Source: Nemertoderma westbladi (taxonomy: Eukaryota > Animalia > Xenacoelomorpha). From it: a stretch of 64,000 nucleotides of DNA. The notes beneath the pieces were generated by a model, which was not told the DNA's origin, ran no database searches, and was given only the letters and a program-made list of their open reading frames with translations. Below, piece by piece: positions 1-12,980 of this stretch. Position 1 is the first letter of the stretch. Each line of letters begins with the position of its first letter. Made by a program: the position numbers and the translations under genes. The DNA lies in contig JAUCBJ010000941.1 of NCBI GenBank assembly GCA_032718475.1, forward strand, positions 1 to 64,000, in the 5' to 3' direction.

Positions 1-3000
1 GTTAGTGAACATGTCTGCTATCTGAATGAGTTAACGAACATGTCTGCTATCTGAATGAGTTAGTGAACATGTCTGCTATCTGAATGAGTTAACGAACATG
101 TCTGCTATCTGAATGAGATAACGAATATGTCTGCTATCTGAATGAGTTAGTGAACATGTCTGCAATCTGAATGAGTTAACGAACATGTCCGCTATCTGAA
201 TGAGTTAGTGAACATGTCTGCTATCTGAATGAGTTAACGAACATGTCTGCTATCTGAATGAGTTAGTGATCATGTCTGCTATCTAAATGAGTTGACGAAC
301 ATGTCTGCTATCTAAATGAGTTAACGAACATGTCTGCTATCTGAATGAGATAGTGAACATATCTGCTATCTGAATGAGTTAACGAACATGTCTGCTATCT
401 GAATGAGTTAACGAACATGTCTGCTATCTGAATGAGTTAACGAACATGTCTGCTATCTAAATGAGTTAACGAACATGTCTGCTATCTGAATGAGTTAACG
501 AACACGTCTGCTATCTGAATGAGTTAGTGAACATGTCTGCTATCTGAATGAGTTAACGAACATGTCTGCTATCTGAATGAGTTAACGAACATGTCTGCTA
601 TCTGAATGAGTTAACGAACATGTCTGCTATCTGAATGAGTTAACGAACATGTCTGCTATCTGAATGAGTTAGTGAACATGTCTGCTATCTGAATGAGTTA
701 ACGAACATGTCTGCTATCTGAATGAGTTAGTGAACATGTCTGCTATCTGAATGAGTTAACGAACATGTCTGCTATCAGAATGAGTTAACGAACATGTCTG
801 CAATCTGAATGAGTTAACGAATATGTCTGCTATCTGAATGAGATAACGAACATGTCTGCTATCTGAATGAGTTAGTGAACATGTCTGCTATCTGAATGAG
901 TTAACGAACATGTCTGCTATCTGAATGAGTTAACGAACATGTCTGCTATCTGAATGAGATAGCGAATATGTCTGCTATCTGAATGAGTTAGTGAACATGT
1001 CTGCTATCTGAATGAGTTAACGAACATGTCTGCTATCTGAATGAGTTAGTGAACATGTCTGCTATCTGAATGAGTTAACGAACATGTCTGCTATCTGAAT
1101 GAGTTAGTGAATATGTCTGCTATCTGAATGAGTTAACGAACATGTCTGCTATCTCAATGAGTTAGTGAACATGTTGGATATCTGAATGAGTTAACGAACA
1201 TGTCTGCTATCTGAATGAGTTAGTGAACATGTCTGCTATCTGAATGAGTTAACGAACATGTCTGCTATCTGAACGAGTTAGTGAACATGTCTGCTATCTA
1301 AATGAGTTAACGAACATGTCTGCTATCTAAATGAGTTAACGAACATGTCTACTATATGAATGAGTTAGTGAACATGTCTGCTATCTGAATGAGTTAGTGA
1401 ACATATCTGCTATCTGAATGAGTTAACGAACATGTCTGCTATCTGAATGAGTTAACGAACATGTCTGCTATCTAAATGAGTTAGTGAACATGTCTGCTAT
1501 CTAAATGAGTTAACGAACATGTCTGCTATCTGAATGAGTTAACGAACATGTCTGCTATCTGAATGAGTTAACGAACATGTCTGCTATCTGAATGAGTTAG
1601 TGAACATGTCTGCTATCTGAATGAGTTAACGAACATGTCTGCTATCTGAATGAGTTAGTGAACATGTCTGCTATCTGAATGAGTTAACGAACATGTCTGC
1701 TATCAGAATGAGTTAACGAACATGTCTGCTATCTGAATGAGTTAACGAATATGTCTGCTATCTGAATGAGATAACGAACATGTCTGCTATCTGAATGAGT
1801 TAGTGAACATGTCTGCTATCTGAATGAGTTAACGAACATGTCTGCTATCTGAATGAGTTAACGAACATGTCTGCTATCTGAATGAGATAGCGAATATGTC
1901 TGCTATCTGAATGAGTTAGTGAACATGTCTGCTATCTGAATGAGTTAACGAACATGTCTGCTATCTGAATGAGTTAGTGAACATGTCTGCTATCTGAATG
2001 AGTTAACGAACATGTCTGCTATCTGAATGAGTTAGTGAATATGTCTGCTATCTGAATGAGTTAACGAACATGTCTGCTATCTCAATGAGTTAGTGAACAT
2101 GTCTGCAATCTGAATGAGTTAACGAACATGTCCGCTATCTGAATGAGTTAGTGAACATGTCTGCTATCTGAATGAGTTAACGAACATGTCTGCTATCTGA
2201 ATGAGTTAGTGATCATGTCTGCTATCTGAATGAGTTAACGAACATGTCTGCTATCTGAATGAGTTAACGAACATGTCTGCTATCTGGATGAGTTAGTGAT
2301 CATGTCTGCTATCTGAATGAGTTAACGAACATGTCTGCTATCTGAATGAGTTAACGAACATGTCTGCTATCTAAATGAGTTAACGAACATGTCTGCTATC
2401 TGAATGAGTTAGTGAACATGTCTGCTATCTGAATGAGTTAGTGAACATGTCTGCTATCTGAATGAGTTAGTGAACATGTCTGCTATCTGAATGAGTTAAC
2501 GAACATGTCTGCTATCTGAATGAGTTAACGAACATGTCTGCTATCTGAATGAGTTAACGAACATGTCTGCTATCTGAAGAGTTAACGAACATGTCTGCTA
2601 TCTGAATGAGTTAGTGAACATGTCTGCTATCTGAATGAGTTAACGAACATGTCAGCTATCTGAATGAGTTAGTGAACATGTCTGCTATCTGAATGAGTTA
2701 ACGAACATGTCTGCTATCTGAATGAGTTAACGAACATGTCTGCATCTGAATGAGTTAACGAATATGTCTGCTATCTGAATGAGATAACGAACATGTCTGC
2801 TATCTGAATGAGTTAACGAACATGTCTGCTATCTGAATGAGTTAACGAACATGTCTGCTATCTGAATGAGTTAACGAACATGTCTGCTATCTGAATGAGA
2901 TAACGAATATGTCTGCTATCTGAATGAGTTAGTGAACATGTCTGCTATCTGAATGAGTTAACGAACATGTCTGCTATCTGAAAGAGTTAGTGAACATGTC

Positions 3001-6000
3001 TGCTATCTGAATGAGTTAACGAACATGTCTGCTATCTGAATGAGTTAGTGAACATGTCTGCTATCTGAATGAGTTAACGAACATGTCTGCTATCTGAATG
3101 AGTTAGTGAACATGTCGGATATCAGAATGAGTTAACAAACATGTCTGCTATCTGAATGAGTTAGTGAACATGTCTGCTATCCGAATGAGTTAACGAACAT
3201 GTCTGCTATCTGAACGAGTTAGTGAACATGTCTGCTATCTAAATGAGTTGACGAACATGTCTGCTATCTAAATGAGTTAACGAACATGTCTGCTATCTGA
3301 ATGAGTTAGTGAACATATCTGCTATCTGAATGAGTTAACGAACATGTCTGCTATCTGAATGAGTTAGTGAACATGTCTGCTATCTAAATGAGTTAGTGAA
3401 CATGTCTGCTATCTGAATGAGTTAACGAACATGTCTGCTATCTGAATGAGTTAGTGAACATGTCTGCTATCTGAATGAGTTAACGAACATGTCTGCTATC
3501 TGAATGAGATAACGAATATGTCTGCTATCTGAATGAGTTAGTGAACATGTCTGCAATCTGAATGAGTTAACGAACATGTCCGCTATCTGAATGAGTTAGT
3601 GAACATGTCTGCTATCTGAATGAGTTAACGAACATGTCTGCTATCTGAATGAGTTAGTGATCATGTCTGCTATCTAAATGAGTTGACGAACATGTCTGCT
3701 ATCTAAATGAGTTAACGAACATGTCTGCTATCTGAATGAGATAGTGAACATATCTGCTATCTGAATGAGTTAACGAACATGTCTGCTATCTGAATGAGTT
3801 AACGAACATGTCTGCTATCTGAATGAGTTAACGAACATGTCTGCTATCTAAATGAGTTAACGAACATGTCTGCTATCTGAATGAGTTAACGAACACGTCT
3901 GCTATCTGAATGAGTTAGTGAACATGTCTGCTATCTGAATGAGTTAACGAACATGTCTGCTATCTGAATCAGTTAACGAACATGTCTGCTATCTGAATGA
4001 GTTAACGAACATGTCTGCTATCTGAATGAGTTAACGAACATGTCTGCTATCTGAATGAGTTAGTGAACATGTCTGCTATCTGAATGAGTTAACGAACATG
4101 TCTGCTATCTGAATGAGTTAGCGAACATGTCTGCTATCTGAATGAGTTAACGAACATGTCTGCTATCTGAATGAGTTAACGAACATGTCTGCTATCTGAA
4201 TGAGTTAACGAACATGTCTGCTATCTGAATGAGTTAACGAACATGTCTGCTATCTGAATGAGTTAGTGAACATGTCTGCTATCTGAATGAGTTAACGAAC
4301 ATGTCTGCTATCTGAATGAGTTAACGAACATGTCTGCTATCTGAATGAGTTAGTGAACATGTCTGCTATCTGAATGAGTTAACGAACATGTCTGCTATCT
4401 GAATGAGTTAGCGAACATGTCTGCTATCTGAATGAGTTAACGAACATGTCTGCTATCTGAATGAGTTAGTGAACATGTCTGCTATCTGAATGAGTTAACG
4501 AACATGTCTGCTATCTGAATGAGTTAGTGAACATGTCTGCTATCTGAATGAGTTAACGAACATGTCTGCTATCTGAATGAGTTAGTGAACATGTCTGCTA
4601 TCTGAATGAGTTAACGAACATGTCTGCTATCTGAATGAGTTAACGAACATGTCTGCTATCTGAATGAGTTAGTGAACATGTCTGCTATCTGAATGAGTTA
4701 ACGAACATGTCTGCTATCTGAATGAGTTAGTGAACATGTCTGCTATCTGAATGAGTTAACGAACATGTCTGCTATCTGAATGAGTTAGTGAACATGTCTG
4801 CTATCTGAATGAGTTAGTGAACATGTCTGCTATCTGAATGAGTTAACGAACATGTCTGCTATCTGAATGAGTTAACGAACATGTCTGCTATCTGAATGAG
4901 TTAGTGAACATGTCTGCTATCTGAATGAGTTAACGAACATGTCTGCTATCTGAATGAGTTAACGAACATGTCTGCTATCTGAATGAGTTAACGAACATGT
5001 CTGCTATCTGAATGAGTTAGTGAACATGTCTGCTATCTGAATGAGTTAACGAACATGTCTGCTATCTGAATGAGTTAACGAACATGTCTGCTATCTGAAT
5101 GAGTTAGCGAACATGTCTGCTATCTGAATGAGTTAACGAACATGTCTGCTATCTGAATGAGTTAGTGAACATGTCTGCTATCTGAATGAGTTAACGAACA
5201 TGTCTGCTATCTGAATGAGTTAGTGAACATGTCTGCTATCTGAATGAGTTAGTGAACATGTCTGCTATCTGAATGAGTTAACGAACATGTCTGCTATCTG
5301 AATGAGTTAGTGAACATGTCTGCTATCTGAATGAGTTAACGAACATGTCTGCTATCTGAATGAGTTAACGAACATGTCTGCTATCTGAATGAGTTAGTGA
5401 ACATGTCTGCTATCTGAATGAGTTAACGAACATGTCTGCTATCTGAATGAGTTAGTGAACATGTCTGCTATCTGAATGAGTTAACGAACATGTCTGCTAT
5501 CTGAATGAGTTAGTGAACATGTCTGCTATCTGAATGAGTTAACGAACATGTCTGCTATCTGAATGAGTTAACGAACATGTCTGCTATCTGAATGAGTTAA
5601 CGAACATGTCTGCTATCTGAATGAGTTAACGAACATGTCTGCTATCTAAATGAGTTAACGAACATGTCTGCTATCTAAATGAGTTAACGAACATGTCTGC
5701 TATCTGAATGAGTTAGTGAACATGTCTGCTATCTGAATGAGTTAGTGAACATGTCTGCTATCTGAATGAGTTAACGAACATGTCTGCTATCTGAATGAGT
5801 TAACGAACATGTCTGCTATCTGAATGAGTTAACGAACATGTCTGCTATCTGAATGAGTTAACGAACATGTCTGCTATCTGAATGAGTTAGTGAACATGTC
5901 TGCTATCTGAATGAGTTAACGAACATGTCTGCTATCTGAATGAGTTAGTGAACATGTCTGCTATCTGAATGAGTTAACGAACATGTCTGCTATCTGAATG

Positions 6001-6325
6001 AGTTAACGAACATGTCTGCATCTGAATGAGTTAACGAATATGTCTGCTATCTGAATGAGATAACGAACATGTCTGCTATCTGAATGAGTTAGTGAACATG
6101 TCTGCTATCTGAATGAGTTAACGAACATGTCTGCTATCTGAATGAGTTAACGAACATGTCTGCTATCTGAATGAGATAGCGAATATGTCTGCTATCTGAA
6201 TGAGTTAGTGAACATGTCTGCTATCTGAATGAGTTAACGAACATGTCTGCTATCTGAATGAGTTAGTGAACATGTCTGCTATCTGAATGAGTTAACGAAC
6301 ATGTCTGCTATCTGAATGAGTTAGT
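1..6325. repeat. 29-bp satellite (GTTAACGAACATGTCTGCTATCTGAATGA), about 218 copies, runs off the left edge
   Basis: Uninterrupted 29-bp period with two main variants (TTAACG vs TTAGTG). Rare variants recur at offsets of 928 bp (32 units) and 3391 bp (~117 units). Confidence 0.98.
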
Positions 6326-6629
6326 AGGTCGGCTTTTTTATTCAGACTGCGATAATTTTATGGTGCCAAAAATATAACGTCTTTTTTGTACATATATCCT
6401 GCATCTATGTATTATTTCAAATTTACAGGTTAGTTTATAATTCTGAGGTGCAAAATAAGCCGTTTTGCTTTTAAGAAACAGAGTGCAGTAAAGGACTGGG
6501 AAACGGATCAGAACAGTGAAATTTTAGGTTTTCCTTTTGTAGGATGTAGAAGCGTTTTTGTTTGTCACTTCTAAAGTAAATTCTTGATTGTTATAGAAAG
6601 GCAGATATAAAATACATAGTATATTGTTA

Positions 6630-6985
6630 ATTGTGGAAGATCACCCATTGTAGAGAACAAGCATTCATTTAGGTACTGTAATAGAGTGGAAGTGTTTACT
6701 GTGGAAGAGCACCCATTTTGGAGAACAAGCATTCCTTTAGGTAACAGAGTGGAAGGGTTTACTGTGGAAGATCACCCATGGTGGTGAACAGGCATTCCTT
6801 TAGGAAACAGAGTGGAAGGTTTTACTGTGGAAGATCAACCATGGTGGTGAACAGGCATTCCTTTAGGAAACAGAGTGGAAGGGTTTACTTTGGAAGATCA
6901 GTCATGGTGGTGAATAGGCATTCCTTTGGGAAACAGAGTGGAAGGATTTACTGTGGAAGATCGTCCTTGACGGCGTACAGGCATT
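6630..6985. repeat. 63-bp tandem repeat, about 5-6 degenerate copies
   Basis: Repeated TTTACTGTGGAAGATCACCCATGGTGGTGAACAGGCATTCCTTTAGGAAACAGAGTGGAAGG; ORF 6778-7005 shows the 21-aa period. Confidence 0.9.
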
Positions 6986-7194
6986 CCCTAGCTTACTGCC
7001 CCTAAATGTTACTAAGTAGGCCTATGAGAAAGTTGGAGGAAAGTATCCTGTATATAATGACAGGGGCGATAAAGACTCGGGGGCTATAAAGTTCCAGGGG
7101 CGATAAGGTTCCAGGGCAGGCCCGTATCGTGCGGGGGTCTTTGGGGGCACTTTGGCGGTAGGTCTTGCAGCCGTAATCAAAAATTTTAGAAAAA

Positions 7195-7343
7195 AATAAC
7201 GAAATGAAAAACGAATTTAAAATGTATGAAACAAAACGAAAATTTCATAGGATTGATAAAAAACGAAAACGAAACTAAATTTTTGAAAACAAAACAAAAC
7301 GAAACTGAAATTACTTTTGTTTCGTTTCGTTATAACATCCCTG
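7195..7343 (-). mobile_element. Possible hAT-like non-autonomous element end with AAACGAAA subterminal repeats
   Basis: Cluster of AAACGAAA motifs ending in TTTCGTTTCGTTATAACATCCCTG (CAGGG terminus on minus strand). No partner end found. Confidence 0.35.
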
Positions 7344-8490
7344 ATTACTTGTATGCATACTGAACTGTACTGCCGTCATGGGTGCAATTATGATTTAAAT
7401 CTTTAGATTTTAATCTTTTTTCAAGATTAAGTGCCAGTTTTAACATTTTGATGACTTCCAAATTGTCTGATAGGCTGTCTATTCTATTTTGACGGACAAT
7501 CACACGGTCAGAAACGACGTGGCCAAATTTGACGTCGGAAATGAAGTCACCGACCAAGAAACCGAAGTGTCCATGTGAATACAGCGCCTGAACCACTTAC
7601 ACAATAGTGTTTGGTGACGCAGGTTCGAATACCACTAAAGATTGTAGAAATTTCGCAATGTAGTATAGTAGTATTAGTTAACCTTCTAAGACGTTTTCAG
7701 ATTTTGTCTTAGTTGACCTCAATTCATAGCTCTGTCGTACAATGTGAAAAAACCGCAAGTCACAAAAAGTCATTTCGATTAAAACGCAAATTATTGTTTG
7801 CCTTCAGATTGTTTGTTGAAAATGTCCGTAAATTACTAATTTTTTATAACCCTAAGCAATTGGGGGTGGAAAATATTTCTACGTGATTATTTTTCGCTTT
7901 CCATTAATATTTTGACTTCAGGGTTATTTTTTGTACTTACGGTGTTTTTGCATTATACAATAAAACCTGTATGTAAATACATTCGATATCGATACAATGC
8001 AAAAACAAATGTCACAAATGACAAAACACCGCAAGTCTGTCAGTTCAAAAATCTTGGGAACGTGGAAATATTATGAAATAAAAAAAACTGCCCGATTTGT
8101 CGAAGTTTATTAAATTACCTGTCATATGAAGCGAAAATTACAAAAAACGGTTAAATGACAGATGAGTAGTGTTTTTCGCATGAAAAAATTTCATTCCGAG
8201 TTAATGTTCGGTAGAATCTTAAAATTTTAGAAATTATTAAATTTTAAATTTATTTAGAAATTTTAATGTTCGGTAGAGAATCTAATCTGTTTGACTATAT
8301 TGGTCAGCGTCTGGCTGGACTTACATTTTGACGGTCCGACCGGCAGACATGGAGAGACAGTGATAACTCGAAATTTTATTAGGCGGTGATTTCACCACTA
8401 ACCTCCTACACAATTTCCCGAAAAGTAAAGAAATATTTAATTATAGAGAAATAGATCAGTGCTGTCAATAGATCAGTGAATTCTGAATAA

Positions 8491-8748
8491 GGCGGGGTAG
8501 CTCAGTTGGTTGAGCGCCGGGCCTGCAATCTATTGGTTGTAGGTTCAGCCCCGCCAGGGTCCACTCAGCCTTTCATCCACTGGGGTCGATAAAATGAGTA
8601 CCAGTTAAATAACTGGGAGCAAATCTTGTGATAGGAGTAGCGCCCACCCCTACCCTCGGGTAGAAGCTATCGAAAGAGGAGCCTTCGGGTCGCATCCGGC
8701 TTCGAAAAATGTTACCGCTAAAAGGATAACCCTAATTAAAAATTAAAA
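8491..8748 (+). mobile_element. tRNA-derived SINE (tRNA-Cys-like head) with a conserved-type core
   Basis: Box A TAGCTCAGTTGG, CTGCAAT anticodon-like loop, box B GGTTCAGCCC, then CTCAGCCTTTCATCC...GGTCGATAAAATGAGTACCAG, which resembles a widespread metazoan SINE core. AT-rich tail; no complete acceptor stem. Confidence 0.75.
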
Positions 8749-8972
8749 TGTAGTCACGTTTACTTGGGGTTTATCTTAATGCAATTGCAATGTCTGTTCA
8801 CTAGACGGCAGGTTGTTCCGTAGCACAAAGCCATATGATGATAAAACAACGCACTTGGTGAAATTTCAATTTTGAATTTCGCGCCTTTTCTGCTAATAGT
8901 AAAAAACCGCAAGTCAAAAGAAACATATTTCAATAAAACCGTTGTGACTGTCCTTTTTAAATTGGATATCTC

Positions 8973-9105
8973 GAGAACTAGAGTAGATACGGTGTTCTTG
9001 ATTATACCTACCGTTAGAGAACTAGAGTAGATACGGTGTTCTTGATTATACCTACCGTTAGAGAACTAGAGTAGATACGGTGTTCTTGATTATACCTACC
9101 ATTAG
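8973..9105. repeat. 44-bp tandem triplication
   Basis: GAGAACTAGAGTAGATACGGTGTTCTTGATTATACCTACCGTTA at 8973, 9017 and 9061. Confidence 0.95.
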
Positions 9106-9662
9106 ATAGAGCGCATTTTTTAGACCCAGAAAAGTGAAAAAGTTAATTTTGGAAAATGCGACTTACTGTCTTTTTTTTCATTGAGTTGTGATATAAAACG
9201 GTAGGTTTTTTTTCATTGCACGGCAGAGCTCCAGTGTTCACTGGTTACTTATAAAGTAATGTTAACAACTATATATTCGAGTCTCACATTCAATGAAAGG
9301 CAAATCTCTAAAATGTATTACTGATTTGTGAGATTGATAGCTTTTGGCAACTATTTTCTAAAATGAGGAACCACCAGAAACTGAATCAGGCAGGCTACCT
9401 GGCTACCTAAAACATATATCTCCAATTAAAAGATGGAGAAAAGAGACTGCTAGTTAAAGAAACACGTAGTCCTCCAGCTGCCACTGCTGCATCCTTTGTG
9501 CATTCAATTCGTTCCTTTAAAATAAACAACGGCGTAATCTAGAACAACTTTATATTTCCAGTACTCGTCTTACAGAAACATAAAATACATATAGTTAATA
9601 AGATAATTCATACAAGCCGCATAATAATTTAGTACAATAATAATAGCAATCAAGGATTATAG

Positions 9663-9867
9663 TTATTCAATGTTGTATACCACAGTCCAAGACTCAAGGT
9701 AGGCTTTAACTAGCATCCACGCTGACACTATGATTGTTATGATAACGAAGATAGTCATAAATAATCTGTCTAAAACCTTGGCGACGAGTTCCCAGTCATT
9801 CTTAATATCAGCTGAGACTTCGTGAGCTTGTGCGATAGATATTAACTGTTTGAGAGATCCTTGTATT
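9663..9867 (-). CDS. CTLD-nAChR gene, exon 13 (last): MA helix, M4 and stop
   Basis: Acceptor ttgttttag; phase 2; reads IQGSLKQLISIAQAHEVSADIKNDWELVAKVLDRLFMTIFVIITIIVSAWMLVKAYLESWTVVYNIE* with the nAChR DWxxVAxVxDR motif. Confidence 0.93.
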
Positions 9868-10186
9868 CTAAAACAATAAATTCAATTAATTATCCCTGGT
9901 TATTTATTTTTTATAGTTACAAGATTATTAATTAGATAAAAAGGAAACAGTCATATTCATACATTTGGCGATTTGGGCAGTGTATAGCTTTATTAAGGGG
10001 GGGTAGTCGAATTTGGGCCAAAACATTGAAATTTTTAAGTATTCTCTGAATTTTATGGTGATTCCTAATCAAAAACAGTTTTCCATATCTTGTATCGTTC
10101 ACGAGATATCATGTGTGAAGTATGTGTTGTGTAAGTCTCTAATGTCGCGACATAATATAAATCGCTATATCGTATTTTCCCGTGAA

Positions 10187-10759
10187 TGATTTTTTAGCGA
10201 ACAACTAAATTATAGTCACTTAATGGATTCTGCAATGAGTACTGTAGAATGTCAAGACTTGCTATATGCACTAAAACAGGGGTTTTGGGATTCAAAAATA
10301 ACCTCTAAAATATCTTAAGGTTGACACAGAAATGGATTACTTACCAAATTTTTACTTCGGTCATTTTTCTTTCGTTGAAACTTTAAATATTATAATTAGT
10401 ATGTGTAGGAAAGCTAGAAGTAACCTATTAATGTAATTTAATTACTGTAACTATGGAATATAGTATATATTTAGGGAGTGGTGTTAGAGCCAATCTCATT
10501 AAGATGATTTAACATTATATGCTCTTATATAGAGTATACTGCAAGTATTCTTTAAGTTGAAAGATTCAATGTTCAACGAAAGAAAAATGATGAAGTAAAA
10601 ATTTACCAAGAAAATCATATTTTGTGTCAACCTTAAGATATTTTAGAGGTTATTTTTGAATCAAAAAACCCCTGTTTTAGTGCATATAGCAAGTCTTGAC
10701 ATTCTACTCATTGCAGAATCCATTAAGTGACTATAATTTAGTTGTTCGCTAAAGAATCA
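10187..10759. mobile_element. MITE/foldback element with ~190-bp inverted arms
   Basis: 10187-10379 is a near-perfect reverse complement of 10573-10759 (e.g. TAGCGAACAACTAAATTATAGTCACTTAATGGATTCTGCAATGAGTA vs TACTCATTGCAGAATCCATTAAGTGACTATAATTTAGTTGTTCGCTA). Confidence 0.88.
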
Positions 10760-10988
10760 AAGCGCGATATTTCTGTCTCGCACTAAATCGCATTTTCTGG
10801 GAAACAACATTTTACCCGATCAGGGATTTTAAAAATCCTATTTCTAATTCTGAGAAGGTAGTTATGATTCATTTTGAAGATAATTCATGTGAGAACTATT
10901 TGAATATTTTTATTTATGTTTCATTGAAAAGTTTTCATGCTATGATACTTTGAATGAGAAATGGACTATATTTCTATCAATAGGCCTA

Positions 10989-12143
10989 TGTAAAGGCTTT
11001 TGCGTAATTAGCCGGTTATTTTCCCCGTAAAGTACTCTGTAGTTGGTTTACCAGGCATAAAAGGCCGTGTCCTTACTGTATTGTTGTTTTAGAGGACATA
11101 AAAGTAATTTCTTCTGTATGTGTACTTTAGCGGACATAATCCGCAATTTTATGACCCAATAAGCCGGATCCTCTTGAAACAGTGTAGCTACCATGACGAC
11201 GGCTAACAGCTGATATTGCCACGTAGAACATCTCTTTGTTCTTTGTTCTCTCTTTGATCGGTCGACCAATCAGAGCGTTTTTTGCCTCTGTGTTGGAGAT
11301 TTTATATAGAAACTAGGGAAGTGAGTCAGTATGTGATTTTTCCACAGCCTACAACACCGGCGTGGAACCTCCGTGTTTCAGTCTTTAGCATCAACATTAG
11401 TAGGCTTAATTATAGAACGTATATCCGTTATCTATCCTATCCTATCCTTAATATCTCACATAATCATTCATAACTTAACATTACTGCTTTGCTGTCGGTT
11501 ATTCATTATATTTGTTGATGAAATATTATATTTGGAATACTGATAAACAATCAGACACCCCAATCTTCTTGATATACTAAAGGTTAGAGAGACCGGATAC
11601 ATATAACGATTGCGACTTACATTAAGTGGTTTGAAGTGAATCTAATGCTATTTTATAGGCCCTACACGTATTGTCTGTTGTTCTCCTTATATGTGACTAA
11701 AATTAGTGAAGGTCGGCAGATTAGTGTGCAGCATTGTGCAGTATTGTGTATGATTGTGATTGATAACGAAGCATCTCCTAAAGAATGCGCCATATACGTG
11801 AATCTATAGCCATCCCGTTGTGTCTGGTTTAAGTCATAACTCTGTTTATATATTTAGAGCGCCACGTCCTAAAGGAACTGTTAATATTTCCCGAAAGTGA
11901 ATAATATTTGTCAGAGATTATATATATTAAGATCAGTCGAATAATACAGTAGGCCTATCCCGCAATACGATTAGGCTTCCGAATCCAGTCTCCCGGGTAT
12001 ATCCAGCGGGTGAATGATCGCGCATAGACTGGTTTCGGCTAATGTAGTGCATCAAATACTTGTCGTAGGCTAAAGACTATCTATTATCTAGAAGACATCC
12101 TAATTTGGCAGGTTAAACTGCTAAAGGTCTGAAAGCGCGAACA
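10989..12143 (+). repeat. 5' LTR
   Basis: TGTAAAGGC...GCGCGAACA; 8 substitutions vs the 3' LTR by manual comparison (11100, 11119, 11156, 11667, 11686, 11775, 11881, 12059). Confidence 0.97.
11266..11330 (+). promoter_or_regulatory. Putative LTR Pol II promoter (CCAAT, TATA, Inr)
   Basis: CCAAT at 11266, TATATAGAAA at 11303, TCAGT initiator at 11326-11330 about 25 nt after TATA; duplicated in the 3' LTR. Confidence 0.55.
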
Positions 12144-12154
12144 ATAACGGATAT
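12144..12154 (+). other. Non-canonical primer-binding position, complementary to LTR 11421-11431
   Basis: ATAACGGATAT follows the LTR directly with no TGG; it is the exact reverse complement of ATATCCGTTAT at 11421-11431. Confidence 0.6.
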
Positions 12155-12476
12155 CAAGTTCGGATTGCAGGGTAGGCAATAAATACAGTTTAATATTGTT
12201 CTGGTAAGAACAATAACGGATATAGCTTCTGTATTGCAGTAGGCAATAAAGCTGAAGTACCGGCAACCGGTACCCAGTAGGCCTGACTACCTAACCACCC
12301 GGACCGGTACCTACCGGTACCTGGTACAGGTATAGCAGTATTATTCGATTTGATAATTATATACCGGTAGGCCTTAATATTGAATCAGGGAGGGCCCGCC
12401 CTGGTTTTTTATTAAGATTTTACTTATTTCTGTCAAGTTTTATTTATTTGTAGGCCAATATTGAGCAAGAGCATCT

Positions 12477-12980
12477 GTCTGATAAAGTGCTAGTTAGGAA
12501 CGTAGGGGCTTCAAGTGCTGTGAGGTAAACCCCCTTTGAAAGAATAAGTCGTACTACTAGGTTAGAACGCATACTAACTAATCATTTCGGAGTCTGCATA
12601 TACTGTAGTTTATTTAGGCTTGATAGTAGTCTGCCAGCGTTTGGTCTGTACTTTGTTTGTGTAGTCTATACGGGTAGCGTAATATTTCTTACTTAGATAA
12701 TTTGAGGGCTGGATTTTGTCTGGCTGTTGTTAGGTCTTGAGAGATTTCGGTGTGTGTAGAGTGTATGTCCGATAAAGTGCCAGTTGGGAACGTAGGGGCT
12801 TCCAGTGCTGTGAGGTAAACCCCCTCTGAAAGAATAAGTCATACTACTAGGTTAGAACGCATACTAACTAACCATTTCGGAGTCTGCATATACCGTAGTT
12901 TGTTTGGGCTTGATAGTAGTCTGTCAGTATTTGGTCTGCATTTTGTTTAAGTAGTCTGTACGCGTAGCGTAATATTTATT
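12477..12980. repeat. 290-bp-period tandem duplication in the long 5' leader of the BEL element
   Basis: GATAAAGTGC...AACGTAGGGGCTTC...GGTAAACCCCCT...GGAGTCTGCATATAC at 12481 and 12771. Confidence 0.9.

Larger units (their letters stand above)
7728..9230. mobile_element. Non-autonomous DNA transposon with imperfect TIRs, containing a SINE and a 44-bp tandem triplication
   Basis: AGCTCTGTCGTACAATGTGAAAAAA at 7728 vs TTTTTTTCATTGCACGGCAGAGCT ending 9230; internal repeated AAAACCGCAAGTC motifs. No TSD verified. Confidence 0.5.

Noticed and set aside
1-6325. CRISPR-like array with a 29-bp repeat
   Set aside because: Units are head-to-tail with no unique spacers, there are no cas genes, and the context is eukaryotic.
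8491-8565. Functional tRNA-Cys gene
   Set aside because: The acceptor and anticodon stems do not close, there is no T-run terminator, and it continues into a SINE body.
9345-9515. Two further minus-strand exon-like segments after the M4 exon
   Set aside because: They lie downstream of the stop at 9663, the donor is weak, and no motif is recognisable; probably 3' UTR or chance.
11048-11473. Short ORFs duplicated at 22588-23013
   Set aside because: They are duplicated only because they lie in the LTRs; no ATG starts or coding features.
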